The notes under the pieces were generated by a model. That model saw only the letters and a program-made list of their open reading frames with translations. It was not told the DNA's origin and made no database searches. A stretch of DNA of 64,000 nucleotides from Antedon mediterranea (taxonomy: Eukaryota > Animalia > Echinodermata), in the NCBI RefSeq assembly GCF_964355755.1, contig NC_092680.1:17493045-17557044 (forward strand). Reading direction: 5' to 3'. Below, one piece after another: positions 51,655-64,000 of the stretch. Numbering within the stretch: position 1 is the first letter of the stretch; each line of letters begins with the position of its first letter. The position numbers and the translations under genes are program-made.

Positions 51655-54600
51655 TCAAACAGTTGTCTGGCTGAAGGTTGGTCTACTGCAGGTAAAACTG
51701 AACTGCAAAATAAAAGAATTTTTAAAGCAAATTAGTAAAAAATAAAACAAACACAAAGCTACTCCACAGTAGTTTAATATAATTACAACCCAGTTGGTGC
51801 AGTACCCGCTGCTTACTTGGGCTCGAATCTAACCACTATAGCGATCAGCTCAAGCTGGGTGGTCAAGAGGTATGAACGCCAGGCTAGTGATCTTGAGGTC
51901 GTGGGTTCGAGTCCCACCCGAGAATTATGTCAAATTACGTCAGAGTAGGGCAAACATCTGACAAAAAACAAAAACCTAATCAATTAAATGGCGTTACTTC
52001 TCACTACTAACATAGATAATTACTTGAACCACATTTAGGTAACATAACCATTATAATTACCTCTGGTTTGTGATACACTTTGTGATATTTATCTACTCTG
52101 TATTCATTATTCGATGCATCGTTAATTATTCCAACAAGATTCACCAAACACATCGTTCCATCCAAAGAACTACATCTTTCACATACTGGACCAAAAAGAT
52201 ACTGATCATCAAAGTAATCCGGATTAAAAGTTTGTAGGATTATTTCTTCAATGAAAGTATGCATATTCTGTAAGATATTAACTGACTGACTCGGGATTTC
52301 CTTTAAAACTGAAAGTTTGATGAGATTTCTATCGTATAAGAAAATACTGCCCGAAGAAATTGTTTCTGTGTTCATTTGAAACAAACATGTGTCACTTGCT
52401 CTGAAATGTGCAAAGTTATAATAGACTTCAAGCCAATCAAAAACTTGGCAGCATTTTGCAATAAGTCGAAGAAATATAAATTCTAGTAAAACTTCACCAA
52501 AATCGAAGTAAAATATGTTAGAAGTATGATTAGAATCAAATTCACCTTGTTGTAAATTAATTTTGGGCAATTTGCAAAGAGGACAAAATGTTCCAACTTG
52601 ATCAACTTGATTAGTTATTGTAAGTGGAAACATCAACTGTGTTCCTACCAAGTACCGAATCACATAAGGATACACTCTCCAAATTCCTTTCATTCGGCAA
52701 ATGTGTTCCAATAGTCTACTGTCTACAATCCCTGTTTCCAGTAATCTCTGCCAAAGATCAGACACGGCTCTGTTTCTTTTGTGTGGTTCAGGTACATTCA
52801 CTAATAATTTCAGAATGTCTATTAATATCTGAGGATCACAAACAACATAATTCTGAAGTAGTTCATCAAGTTCATTGTATATAATGTCTCCGGATTTATC
52901 AAAGAAATTCAAAAGATGACGCATCTCATATTTCACAAAGATTTTGCTTGTTAACTTTAATTCATTTTCAATATCTTTTATACTCACAATAACGGACTGT
53001 CTATGTCGAAATCCGTTTAAAGTGTTTTTAAATAATAGGTATTGTACAGAAAACATTTCGCAAAAATATTTCAATTGTTTTACTTCATTATATATCCTTT
53101 CTCGTAAGATGTTAAGCTCCTTATCAAAGTTGAATGCGTTTTCAATAAAAAAGCAAAGTCGTCCATTTGGATGAAAAGCAAGCAATCTTGAAAACCTTTT
53201 GTAAAGATGTGCATTTACAAATTTATCAAAAGTAGAAAACGCTTTTTCATCACGTACACTTCCTCTTCTTGTTCCTACAAGAAACACTACAACATTCTCA
53301 ATTTCAACATGCATAGCAATAGATTGTAACCAGAATTGTAGCCGTTTAATGTGTCTATCAGGATTAGAAATCGCCGCTACAGTGTTGAAAACAACTAAGT
53401 ATACGCCTTGCTTTGGCATAAACAGATGGTGTGTATTATAGTACATTTCTTGTCCTGCAAAATCCCATAAACTTAGTCTGGCATCAATGTAACATTCGTT
53501 TCGCAGATCTGCTTCCATTGATTTTCTGATATGCACTATTGGTATCGATGACGTCGATTTTACTTTCATGTAAGAAAACCATTCGTAGATTATAAACCCC
53601 CAGATCGGGGAAATAAATGTCAACAATCTTGACATAGAAAGGCTATTCTCTTTCTCTAATAGACTCAGAAGGTTAACATTTCCAATTTCCCAACCACACA
53701 TTTTGCCAATATATATCCCAGCAATAAACCCAATAAATCTTTTAAGAAGGTAGTGCTGAGGAACATACCCATACGCAACAAATTTTCTTCCTAGAATACC
53801 ACCATAACATAAGAAAGACACAGTAGAAATAAAACGAAATAATGTACATATGTCAACAAAATTATGTCTTTCGAAATATATTGCTACTGTTATAAGCATC
53901 GTATTAAGTAGCAATACAATTATCACTTGTTTTCGACTAAGCCTAAATCTTTTGGTGTGAATGATCCTAAAAATGGCCAATATAGTAATTCCATAAATTG
54001 AGAACTCTAAATATTGCATACTGTACAATATCTTAGATATGTGTTCTAGTAAGACTTCGAGGGAAATTATTTTATGGCTTGGATGTATCATGCAACATAA
54101 AGCTATACATATGCCAGTCCTCCCACCTGTAGCCATCAGAACACCGACAAGGAACGACCCCAGTCCATACATAAAAACACATGTTATAGCCGTTATGTAA
54201 ATCACTAAATTTAATTCTATGACCTGTTGCTGGCCAAAATGTGTAGTGCTATCTATGAGTACCATACATATAGTATAACCACAGCCAAAGCGATAGGCAC
54301 TGTGAACATCACAAAATACCGAAAGACAACTGACATAAAACCACGCAACTGGCCCGAATCCAAATGCAAGTCCACCAAAACAGAACATTACTGTCATAGG
54401 CATAATGTGAAACATCACGTAATATGCGTCATGTAATACTTTTTGGATCGAAGCCTGAGTATCATTTTCAGACGTATTGTTTGCCTTTAACTTATCTTTA
54501 TTTTTATCCAGTTTAAGCACGCGAGATACAGTCCACCACGCTGCTGAACATTCATAATCTTCTAATGGAGTGTTTGTCACCTCACGCCATTTACTGTTAA

Positions 54601-54883
54601 CATCACTAACGTTCGTCTCAGCAGTGTTTGTTTCTATTCCGATTGTACTAGGCTCTTCTGGTCGAAATTCTTTACTCTGCAAACGCCTGCAGGTTGACGT
54701 TTTCCCGGCACCATGATCACCTAGAATAAGTACCTTCGTTCTGTTAAAAGGTACTTTTCCTCTTTCTTGGGCTGTTTTGTAAGTGTCTTTAATCTCGGAA
54801 TCATCTGCTAGAACTCTCAAGTTAAAGCTTCGCTTATAAGATTCAGAACATCCTCTCAAGTAATTTAATCCTTTCTGTTCCAT
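51655..54883 (-). CDS. ROCO-family ROC-COR GTPase with a multi-pass transmembrane insert inside ROC (exons 54883-52061 and 51702-51655, ~956 aa)
   Basis: G1 GDHGAGKTS, G2 STIGIE, G3 LWDFAGQEMYYNTHHLF, G4-like VGTR; COR LLNFFDKSGDII...VVCDPQILID. Donor GAG|GTAATT and terminal exon FSFTCSRP are conserved in the paralog. Upstream exons cannot be excluded (acceptor at 54911). Confidence 0.85.
51854..51922 (+). mobile_element. tRNA-like SINE head / pseudo-tRNA in ROCO intron
   Basis: A box TGGTCAAGAGG, B box GGTTCGAGTCC and T-stem GTGGG/CCCAC; acceptor and anticodon stems imperfect. Confidence 0.55.
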
Positions 54884-55094
54884 CTTGTTTTCCGATTTGA
54901 TTTTCTTTTCCTATATAAGATAATTGTATAAAATAGGGCATTTCTACAACCGTAATTATCAATTAACTATTGTAAAATTATTAAATCAAACATTTCTTAA
55001 AAGTAACACTTATTTATAAGGAATGGCGCGTCGAGGGTGCAGAACAATGTGGTTTGGAAAGGTTTAGCGCATTGCAGTAGTTATTTTGACTATG

Positions 55095-57940
55095 GCCATC
55101 TAGATCGTGCCCACATGGTTCTCGGTAGTTTCAGCTTTAAAAAAATGGCGATTTCAAATGTACGTACCGCAGGACTATAATACATGTCGTTTGTCGTTTA
55201 CAGAAACGAATAAATAGACACGATGATTTATGTAACTAAAATTAGCATCCTGGGAATTTTACTTCTGAAAGAGAAACTTATCACAAAATGGGTTCAAACG
55301 TTTGAATCAAGCGGAAATAAACCCACTTTGTGCTTTGTATGTAACATTACGTTACGTTTGTGTAATAGTAGTAGAGTAGTAGTAAAGTAGTTAAAAAAAA
55401 TAAATTTGGTTTTTCTTCAACATTATGATTCTGTACTCGAGCTGTTTAACCGGTTTTCAGCAATTAAAAGATTTTTTGTAGAAGAAGTTAGGTAAATGCG
55501 AAGAATCTTTGTATATTGTGTGCGGGTATGTTTCTGCAGCGACAACCATTACACAGTGCATACCACGTTTGGAGAAATCGTTTAAGCTAAATTCGTTTTA
55601 ATCCTCAATAACTAATTATTTAAGTAACCTTAATTAGTAAACAGATTTACATTATACCGAAAGTATGTACTAACTTACTATACCATTGAGTATAAATTCT
55701 AAAAGTTACGCGCGATTAACCCTTATTTGCTCTTACGTGAATTTATATATAGATTCCAATTTCTTTTAAATTTCCTCGACAGAACCTGCATTTTAATTTT
55801 CCAAAATTAAAATTGTTGTCTCTCAATAAGATTGCATCTAAACATGATCTCGCAGCATTACTTGGGCTTACCACTAAGTTATCTGGTTACATTATAATTT
55901 GAAACAAACTAACTGTTCCTTATCTTTAAATTATATGAAGGAATTATACACATGCATCCGAGATTCAGTAAACCAACAACGCAGTGGGGTACTGCACTAT
56001 CGATTACGGTACCATTGCCAAACAATATACAGTTAACAGGAATTATGCTGTTACCTTCTCATTTATTTTCGATCTTAAAGTAGGCCTAAACACTACAATA
56101 ATGTACCGGTAATACATAAGGGAATAGGAACAAAAAGGGGGATTTTCGAAGCACAGCTTAGGCCTACCTGTCTGGCTGTTTAACTTCTCGTTTTGATTTA
56201 GCTTTTCGCTTTTATTTTGTATCTCCATTGAGATCCAGCCACTGATACCCACAGCATTGTCATTTTTTCAGTAATTTGCCTTTGGATTTATATATATATA
56301 TATATATAGGTATATTTTCTGGTACAATAACCCGGTAACCCCTTATGATTCCTTAAAACATGAATACGCCATAGAAATAACAGCCGTTTATAACTATTGA
56401 TAATCTTACCTTGGTTAACTCACAATACATCAATCAGATACAGTATGATGTACTTCCTTATACTGATACTATATCGAAGCTTAACAATCCTTGGGAACAT
56501 AACTTGGGAACAAATATGTTAGAAACTCAATGACACAACTGTTAATAGGCCTACGCCATTTCCTACTAATAAATAGCGCACGAGCTTTCGATTCAGGACA
56601 GTAGGCCTAATGTGAGAGTAATTGTATACAACTAGATGGCACGCTCGCTTCGCTCGCGTACCATCTAGGTCGTGCCCACAGATGGTTCTCTCGAATACAC
56701 AGTATTTCCAGCGAGAAAAAAATGGAGATTTCAAATGTACGTACCGCAGGATATAATACATTGTCGTTTACAGAAACGAATAAGTAGACACGATGATTTA
56801 TGTAGTCAACTAAAATTAGCACCCTGGGAATTACTTCCGAGAGAGAAACAAAATGAGTCAAATTTTTTTATTTGGACTCATTTAAACAACCCCAATTTGT
56901 GTTTTGTATGTAACATTAAGGGTTGAGGGATGGGGGAAGAAGATAGGTACAAAGAGGAAACATTTTAAAATATATTCTTATCCACTCAGTAACGAAATAT
57001 TGTTTTTAATGTTTTATAGGCCTATAAATAATACACCACTAAATACAGTAAAACATTTACGATTTAATACGGTACTTTGTTAAAACTCTCACTGTCATAG
57101 TCGATTGAAATAGTAAAGTAAATGTAACGATACACCACTACGACGTTTATATAATTTTAAATTATTAATTAATACAAACGTTGAGAAGCAACTGTCAGTA
57201 ATAACGTTTATTTATTTGTATATTATATGTTTATAATCTAACAGTAGGGCCTACCCACACTCACAGTAATAAAGTTTATTTGTATATATTTTTATATTAC
57301 ATCTAACAGTACCAACACTCACAGTAAGAAATTTGCGATTCAAATTGCGATCAAAAGTGGTTAATACCATAACAGTATTGTACAGCATTGCAATACTATT
57401 TATGTTTATTCTCCAAGGGGGCCCATAAATCTAAATCTATACCTGTATGGTTAAACCAAATAATTTGGAATGTTCCATTCATCACAAATCAATACATTTG
57501 TAAAAACGTATATTAAATGTATCAAAATAGTATTTTTTAAAGAAAATCGGCCTGTCTTCAACATTATGATGCTGTACTCGAACTGTTCAACCGGTTTTCA
57601 GCTATTAAAAACAATTATCGTAGGAGGAGATAGAAAAATGCGAAGCCTCCTCGCATTTTTGTGGCGGGTATTTTTCAAGATGGACATCCATTAGACAGTG
57701 TATACCACGATCGGAAAACACCCCTATTTGGGGCAAATCGTTGAACCTAAATTCGTTTTAATCGTCAATAACTAATTATCTTAACTTATTAAATTAACTT
57801 AATTTAATTAGTAAACAGGGTTACATCAGGTGGTTAAAATTAGTACCGAAAGTACGAACCAACTTTATATACCATCGAGTAAAAATTCTAGAAGTAAGGC
57901 GCGATTTACCGAATTTTGCCCTTACGTAAATTTATATATA
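55095..57940. repeat. Two diverged direct copies of a non-coding repeat (~55095-55750 and ~56660-57940)
   Basis: Shared blocks such as CATCTAG.TCGTGCCCACA, ATTTCAAATGTACGTACCGCAGGA and CTAAATTCGTTTTAATC..CAATAACTAATTAT. Confidence 0.7.
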
Positions 57941-58737
57941 GAAACACCGATCTGCGCATGAGTTATGATCATCCCAGTACTCCCAAAGCTCGATAATAAA
58001 ATTGAAATACGACGAAGTTACGTACAGTATCTGGAAGTCAAAAGCGCAGCCTATTAACAACACAATTACTGTATTATTTATAGGCTATAGATTTCCGTAA
58101 TTTAGCTTTAGGAGTTTTCCGGAACAATATATTTTAACCATAATAAGATACTTAAAAGTACGGCCGGCCGAGTGCAGTGCAGTATAATAATTATGTTTGT
58201 TAATAAACGCATATCAATACAGCAATCCGACTGCGCACACGATTAATAACGCGTAGGTTTTGTTGTTGACAGTTATTTACGACTATACCAGTTGATTCGA
58301 AACTTTCTATAGAGAATTGCGGCATGGTAGTAAACAAAGACATTTTTACCTCCATGGTTGCAACAAGAGACATTTACAAATATTAAACAATACATTATGT
58401 AAACAATACAACATAACAATACAACTTAACAAGTAAAAATACAAATATTGTTTACATTGCGCATACGTTTGTTTTTGTTCAAATTAATTTCGTATAATTT
58501 ATGGAATGCTTAAAAAGTGATTTGTACAGTTTATTCATCGCAATTGTGTATGCTGTCAATACTCCTCGCAAATAAATTGTTCTCAGCAAGAGTAAATTGA
58601 ATCGATGATGATTGTAGAAAAAACAAGCACAATAGGCCTATGTTTATGTCCGAATTGGATATCTAACGGTTTCTAACAAACGTTACAAATGTCCAACATT
58701 AGTTTCCATTACAAAAAAAAAGAGCTTGTAGTCAATA

Positions 58738-61700
58738 TTATTGAAGACTTGTGTCGGTGAAGGTCATTGGTCTACTGCAGGTAAAACTGAACTGCAAAAT
58801 AAAAAGAATATTTAATTACATTAAGCAAACGCAAGTTATTGTTGTATGCATACCGGCATGGTTATTCTATATTATATAACAAAATTACCTTTGATTTACG
58901 ATAAACTTTGTGATATTCATCTACTCTGTATTCATTTAATGCAAAGACATCGTTACGTAATAAAATAAGATTCACCAAACACATCGTTCCATCCAAAGAA
59001 CTACATCTTTCACACACTGGACCAAAAAGATACTGGTCATGAAAGTAATCCGGATTAAAAGTTTGTTGGACTATATCTTCAATGAAGATATTAATCTTTC
59101 GTATGATAGTAAATGATTGACTCGGGATTTCTTTAGACACTGAAAGTTTGATAAGATTTCTATTATACAAGAAAATATTGCCAGAAGAAATTGTTTCAGA
59201 GTTTATTTGGAAAAAATATGTGTTACTTGCCCTGAACCATGCACAGTTATAATAGATCCTAATCCAATCAAATAAGTGTTGTGATCAATTTTTGGCAATT
59301 TGCAAGGAAGACAAAATGTTCCAACTTGATCAACTTGATTAGCTATTGTAAGTGGAAACAACAACTGTGTTCCCACCAAGTACCGAATAACATAAGGATA
59401 AACTCTCCAAATTCCTTTCATTAGACAAATGTGTTCCATTAGTCTACTATCAACAATTCCTGTTTCCAGTAATCTCTGCCAAAGATCAGACACGGCTCTG
59501 TTTCTTTTGTGTGGTTCAGGTACATTCACTAATAATTTCAGAATGTCTATTAATACATGAGGATCACAAACAACATAATTCTGAAGTAGTTCATCAAGTT
59601 CATTGTATATGATATCTCCAGATTTATCAAAGAAATTCAGAAGTTGACGCACCTCATATTTCACAAAAGTATTGGTTGTCAACATTAATTCACTTTTAAT
59701 ATCTTTAATACTCACAATCATACATTGTTTGTGACGAAATCCATCTAACGTTTGTTTAAATAACAAGAATTTTACATAAAACATTTCCCAAAAGTATTTT
59801 AATTTTGTTACTTCACTATATATACTTTCTCGTAAGTTGTTGAGCTTCTTATCAACTTTCAATGCGTTTTCAATAAAAAAGCAAAGTCGCCTAGCTGGAT
59901 GAAAAGCAAGCAATCTTGAAAACCTTTTGTAAAGATGTGCATTTACAAATTTATCAAAAGTAGAAAACGCCTCTTCATCACGCACACTTCCTCTTCTTGT
60001 TCCTACAAGAAACACTACAACATTCTCAATATCAACATGCATAGCAATAGATTTTAACCAGAATTGTAGCCGTTTAATGTGTCTATGAGGATTAGAAATC
60101 GCCTCTACAGCATTGAAAACAGCCAAGTATACGCCTTGCTTTGGCATAAACAGATGGTGTGTATTATAGTACATTTCTTGTCCTGCAAAATCCCATAAAC
60201 TTAGTCTGGCGTCAATGTAACATTCGTTTCGTAGATCTGCTTCCATAGATTTTCTGATATGCACTATTGGTATTGATGACGTAGTTTTTACTTTCATATA
60301 GGAATGCCATTCGTAGATGATAAAACCAGTAATAGGGGCAAAAAATGAAAATAAATTAAAGAAATCGTGTGATTTTGAATCGCTATGGTCATCCCTTACA
60401 TTAATTAAATTGTTCACATGTCTAAATTCCCAACCACACATTTTCGCTAAACATATTCCAGCAATAAAACCAATAGCTTTCTTTAAAAAGTAATTTCCAG
60501 GTGCATACCCATACGCTTTAACCTCTCTTCCTAAAATAACCCCATACAACATTAAAAATATTGTTGCAATACAGCAAAATAAACTGCATATGTCAATACA
60601 ATTGCTCCTTCCGACGTATATTGCTGAAATTATACAAATTATGTTAACTATTAATACAATAATTAACTTCATTCGACTAATTGAAAATATTTGAGTCACT
60701 CATGCTCCTAAAAATTACAATTATAAAAACGGCAGGAAATAGGAATTTAAGATAATATATTATATTGTAAAGAAATGATGGTTTTTCTAAAAAACTGTCA
60801 ATGGAAATTACAGTTTGATCTGGATGTACCATAATGTACAATGCTACACAGATACCAGTCCTACCGCCTGTACTCATAAGAACACCGACAATGAACGAAC
60901 CAAATCCAAATATGCAGACAACTGTAACAGTAGTCACGTAAATCCAGATATTAAAATCTATTTTGTCTATGCTTGCAAACAGTTCCTTCAATTGTGTAGC
61001 TCTATCTAAAGCTTGGTTCCCACTAGAACGTAACGCAAGGACGTAAACGCAACGCAAGCGTTTTAACCAATGAAAAGCGAAGTTATAGACAGTCAGCAAT
61101 CACAAGCAAATAAGCCATCGCTTGTGATTGATCAATTCACATGCGTTGCGTTACGTCCTTGCGTTGCGTCGCTAGGAAGAACCACGCTTATGAGGAGCAT
61201 ACATGTAGAATATCTACAACCAAAGCGATATGCACTGTGGACATCGCATAATTATTGTCATAATACAAATGATGTACAACCACACGACTGGCCTGAACCC
61301 AAATGTAAACCCACCCAAACATAGTATAGCCGTAAAAGGGATAATATACCACATTAAGTAACATGTGTCCTCCAATACTTTTCGCATCAGTGAATTATTA
61401 CTAGATGAACATTTGCCCTTTGACAACTTATGTTTACCCTGTTTAAGTACACGCGATACAGTCCACCACGCTGCTGAACTCTCATAGTCTTCTAGTGGAG
61501 TGTTTGTCACTTCAGACCATTTACTATTAACATTACTAACGTTCGCCTCAACAGTGTTTGTTTCTATTCCGATTGTACTAGGCTCTTCTGGTCGAAAATC
61601 CTTTCCTTGTAAACGCCTGCAAGTTGACATTTTCCCGGCACCATGGTCACCAAGAATAAGAACCTTTGTTCTGTTAAATGGTACCTTTCCGTTTTCTTCG

Positions 61701-61813
61701 GCGGTTTTGTAAACTTCTTTGATCTCAGTATCGTCTGCTAGAACGCGCATGTCTAAACTTCTCTTGTACGATTCAGCATATCCTTTCAAGTAACTCAGCC
61801 CCCTTTTATCCAT
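58738..61813 (-). pseudogene. Tandem paralog of the transmembrane ROCO gene, disrupted
   Basis: Collinear with 51655-54883 over ORFs 61214-61813, 60677-61099, 59203-60699 and 58862-59170. At least 3 frameshifts, a deletion near 59270, a MITE insertion, and P-loop GKT changed to GKM. Confidence 0.85.
61010..61188. mobile_element. Harbinger-like MITE inserted in the ROCO paralog coding sequence
   Basis: TIRs AGC(T/G)TGGTTC..CTAG..CG.AACGCAAGGACGTAA; absent from the homologous site (CTATCTATGAG, ~54250) of the intact paralog. Confidence 0.88.
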
Positions 61814-62096
61814 TTTATCCAGTTAAAAAGGTTTTGACATTGTATCTATAGTTAGGCTTCTCTCACTTATTTTCTGTAAAGACAAAGAAACGATTTTTAT
61901 CAATACAATTCCTTTTAAATAGTAAACACATTTAATTTTATTTCATTTTATTCTCAATATTATTGGTTAAGAGAGAATCTATTTTTTTTATCTATACCAG
62001 CAATATCATAATGTTTGTTTTATGTTGTTTGTTATTGTGTATGCTTTTTTATTACTACATGTCGCTATGTTAAATGAATTCACAATATTAGCGATG

Positions 62097-62900
62097 AACA
62101 CCAAAACACTAGTATGGTGTCTTTGCATAAATCCCATCTGCAAACCAACACCAAAACACTAGTAGGGTTTCTTTGGTTAAATCCCCTCTGCAAACCAACA
62201 CCAAAACACTAGTGAGGTTTCTTTGGTTAAATCCCCTCTGCAAACCAACACCAAAACACTAGTTAGGGTTTCTTTGGTTAAATCCCCTCTGCAAACCAAC
62301 AGCAAAACAGTAGTAGGGTTTCTTTGGTTAAATCCTCTCTGCAAACCAACACCAAAACAGTTTGGGTTTCTTTGGTTAAATCCTCTCTGCAAACCAACAC
62401 CAAAACACTAGTTAGGGTTTCTTTGGTTCAATTCCCTCTGCAAACCAACACCAAAACAGTAGTAGGGTTTCTTTTGTTAAATCCTCTCTGCAAACCAACA
62501 CCAAAACACTAGTTAGGGTTTCTTTGGTTAAATCCCCTCCGCAAACCAACACCAAAACACCAGTGGGGTTTCTTTGGTTAAATCCTCTCTGCAAACCAAC
62601 ACCAAAACACTAGTTAAGGGTTTCTTTGGTTAAATCCTCTCTGCAAACCAACACCAAAACACTAGTTAGGGTTTCTTTGGTTAAATCCCCTCTGCAAACC
62701 AACACCAAAACACTAGTTAGGGTTTCTTTGGTTAAATCCCCTCTGCAAACCAACACCAAAACACTAGTTAGGGTTTCTTTGGTTAAATCCCCTCTGCAAA
62801 CCAACACCAAAACACTAGTTAGGGTTTCTTTTGTTAAATACCCTCTGCAAACCAACACCAAAACACTAGTAGGTTTTTTTTTTGTGAAATACCCTCTGCA
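62097..62900. repeat. 51-bp tandem repeat, ~16 copies
   Basis: CTCTGCAAACCAACACCAAAACACTAGTTAGGGTTTCTTTGGTTAAATCCC. Confidence 0.95.
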
Positions 62901-63109
62901 AGTCATATACTAATACAATTGAAATTCAAGAATGAGCTTGACGTATCGTATTTACTTTATTATGGTAAGCAGATTTGTTATTTTAGAGTTTATTATAATA
63001 ATAATATTCAAAGACCGTGAATTTAGCCTATGCCTATATTGTTCTTCATTGTTTACTGTATATTGTTATTCAATGATATTGAGAATAACTTCACTACATG
63101 CATGCACTT

Positions 63110-63615
63110 CCTCCTTTCACGAATCAAATGGTTAGAAACAAATTGAAACTCAATGATTCGAAATCAGAGCTCTTCCTGATTTCATATAATAGGCATATTA
63201 ACTATCTATCTCACCTCAATCTGAAAATAGGTTAGCAAACGATTACTCCGTCCGGCTCTATTAAAAATATTATATCATGTTTGATAACCAACGTCTGTGA
63301 AAAATCATGCTAGTCAGTATAGAACGATTCATTTTCACCTTCGTAATTGAAGTCGAATCCGTTGCTTTTTAGGCAGGTGTACTTGTGCACATGTAGTGAG
63401 AGCTTTGTTGATTTTATCTTTAAATACCACTTGGGTAGACGAGTACTTATATCTGAATAGGATATTATACTTAACATTCTTAAAACTAAGCGGTCTTTTG
63501 GTGTCATTTTTTATTCTGGGCCTCGATTGTGGAATTGCCTACCTGAATGCGCTCGTGAGGTTTCTAATGTGCAATCTTTTAAGAAACTACTTAAGACGCA
63601 TCTTTTTCCAAAGTG
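63110..63615 (+). mobile_element. Degenerate L2-like LINE RT fragments
   Basis: MVRNKLKLNDSKSELFLI; FHLRN.SRIRCFL; GPRLWNCLP...FKKLLKTHLF. Confidence 0.7.
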
Positions 63616-64000
63616 TTAAGTATTCAGTCAATGTCATATGTAACATTTTTTTTGATTTGTAAATTATTGTATACAATATTTATATTCTTGTACAGCGTTT
63701 GGGTCTCTAAGAAAAGCACTATATAAATAACTAATAATATAGATGTCAGCAAATATAGATGATATCAACATTCTACTTAGTAGGCCTACAATCAATCCAT
63801 CAGATGAATTATAAGTACTATCGCTGTAAAAATAATAAAATACAAGTAACAATAACATAGCATGTGTTTTATGAGTGGTGTAACTATTTCTATGCTCGCA
63901 TACTATAGATAAATCTTAAAAGAAGGTGACAGGAAGTATTGTTTTTTGTTTACGCTTTACCTTTGTAAGCGACTCAGAAACACTGTGTGTCCGGTAAAAT

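Noticed and set aside
51854-51922. Functional tRNA gene
   Set aside because: Acceptor and anticodon stems do not pair well; more likely a SINE head. A lone B-box-like motif at ~2177-2190 was also rejected.
62177-62913. Overlapping ORFs on both strands
   Set aside because: Artefacts of the 51-bp tandem repeat

Overview
AT-rich, intron-containing animal genomic DNA. A Deu-domain-like SINE suggests an invertebrate deuterostome such as an echinoderm, but this is inference only. From left to right: (1) an intronless KCTD-type BTB/POZ ORF on the minus strand; (2) ~3.9-26.8 kb, a co-oriented, scrambled mosaic of Polinton/Maverick/adintovirus-type protein-primed DNA polymerase B (pPolB) fragments from at least two related elements. 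These have spliced, acidic N-terminal exons and are interleaved with pogo-like DDE transposase pieces, repeated F-box-like mini-ORFs, a SUMO-interacting-motif array and several tandem arrays; (3) LINE remnants and a small 5-exon gene I cannot name; (4) a foldback MULE-like element and MITEs; (5) a complete ~17-exon GFM2 (mitochondrial EF-G2/RRF2) gene; (6) two tandem minus-strand ROCO-family (ROC-COR) genes whose GTPase domain is split between G2 and G3 by a ~290-aa multi-pass transmembrane insert, one intact and one pseudogenised. The split-ROC membrane ROCO and the spliced, scrambled pPolB region are the most unusual features. No database searches were possible: calls rest on motif recognition, and exon boundaries were read by eye.
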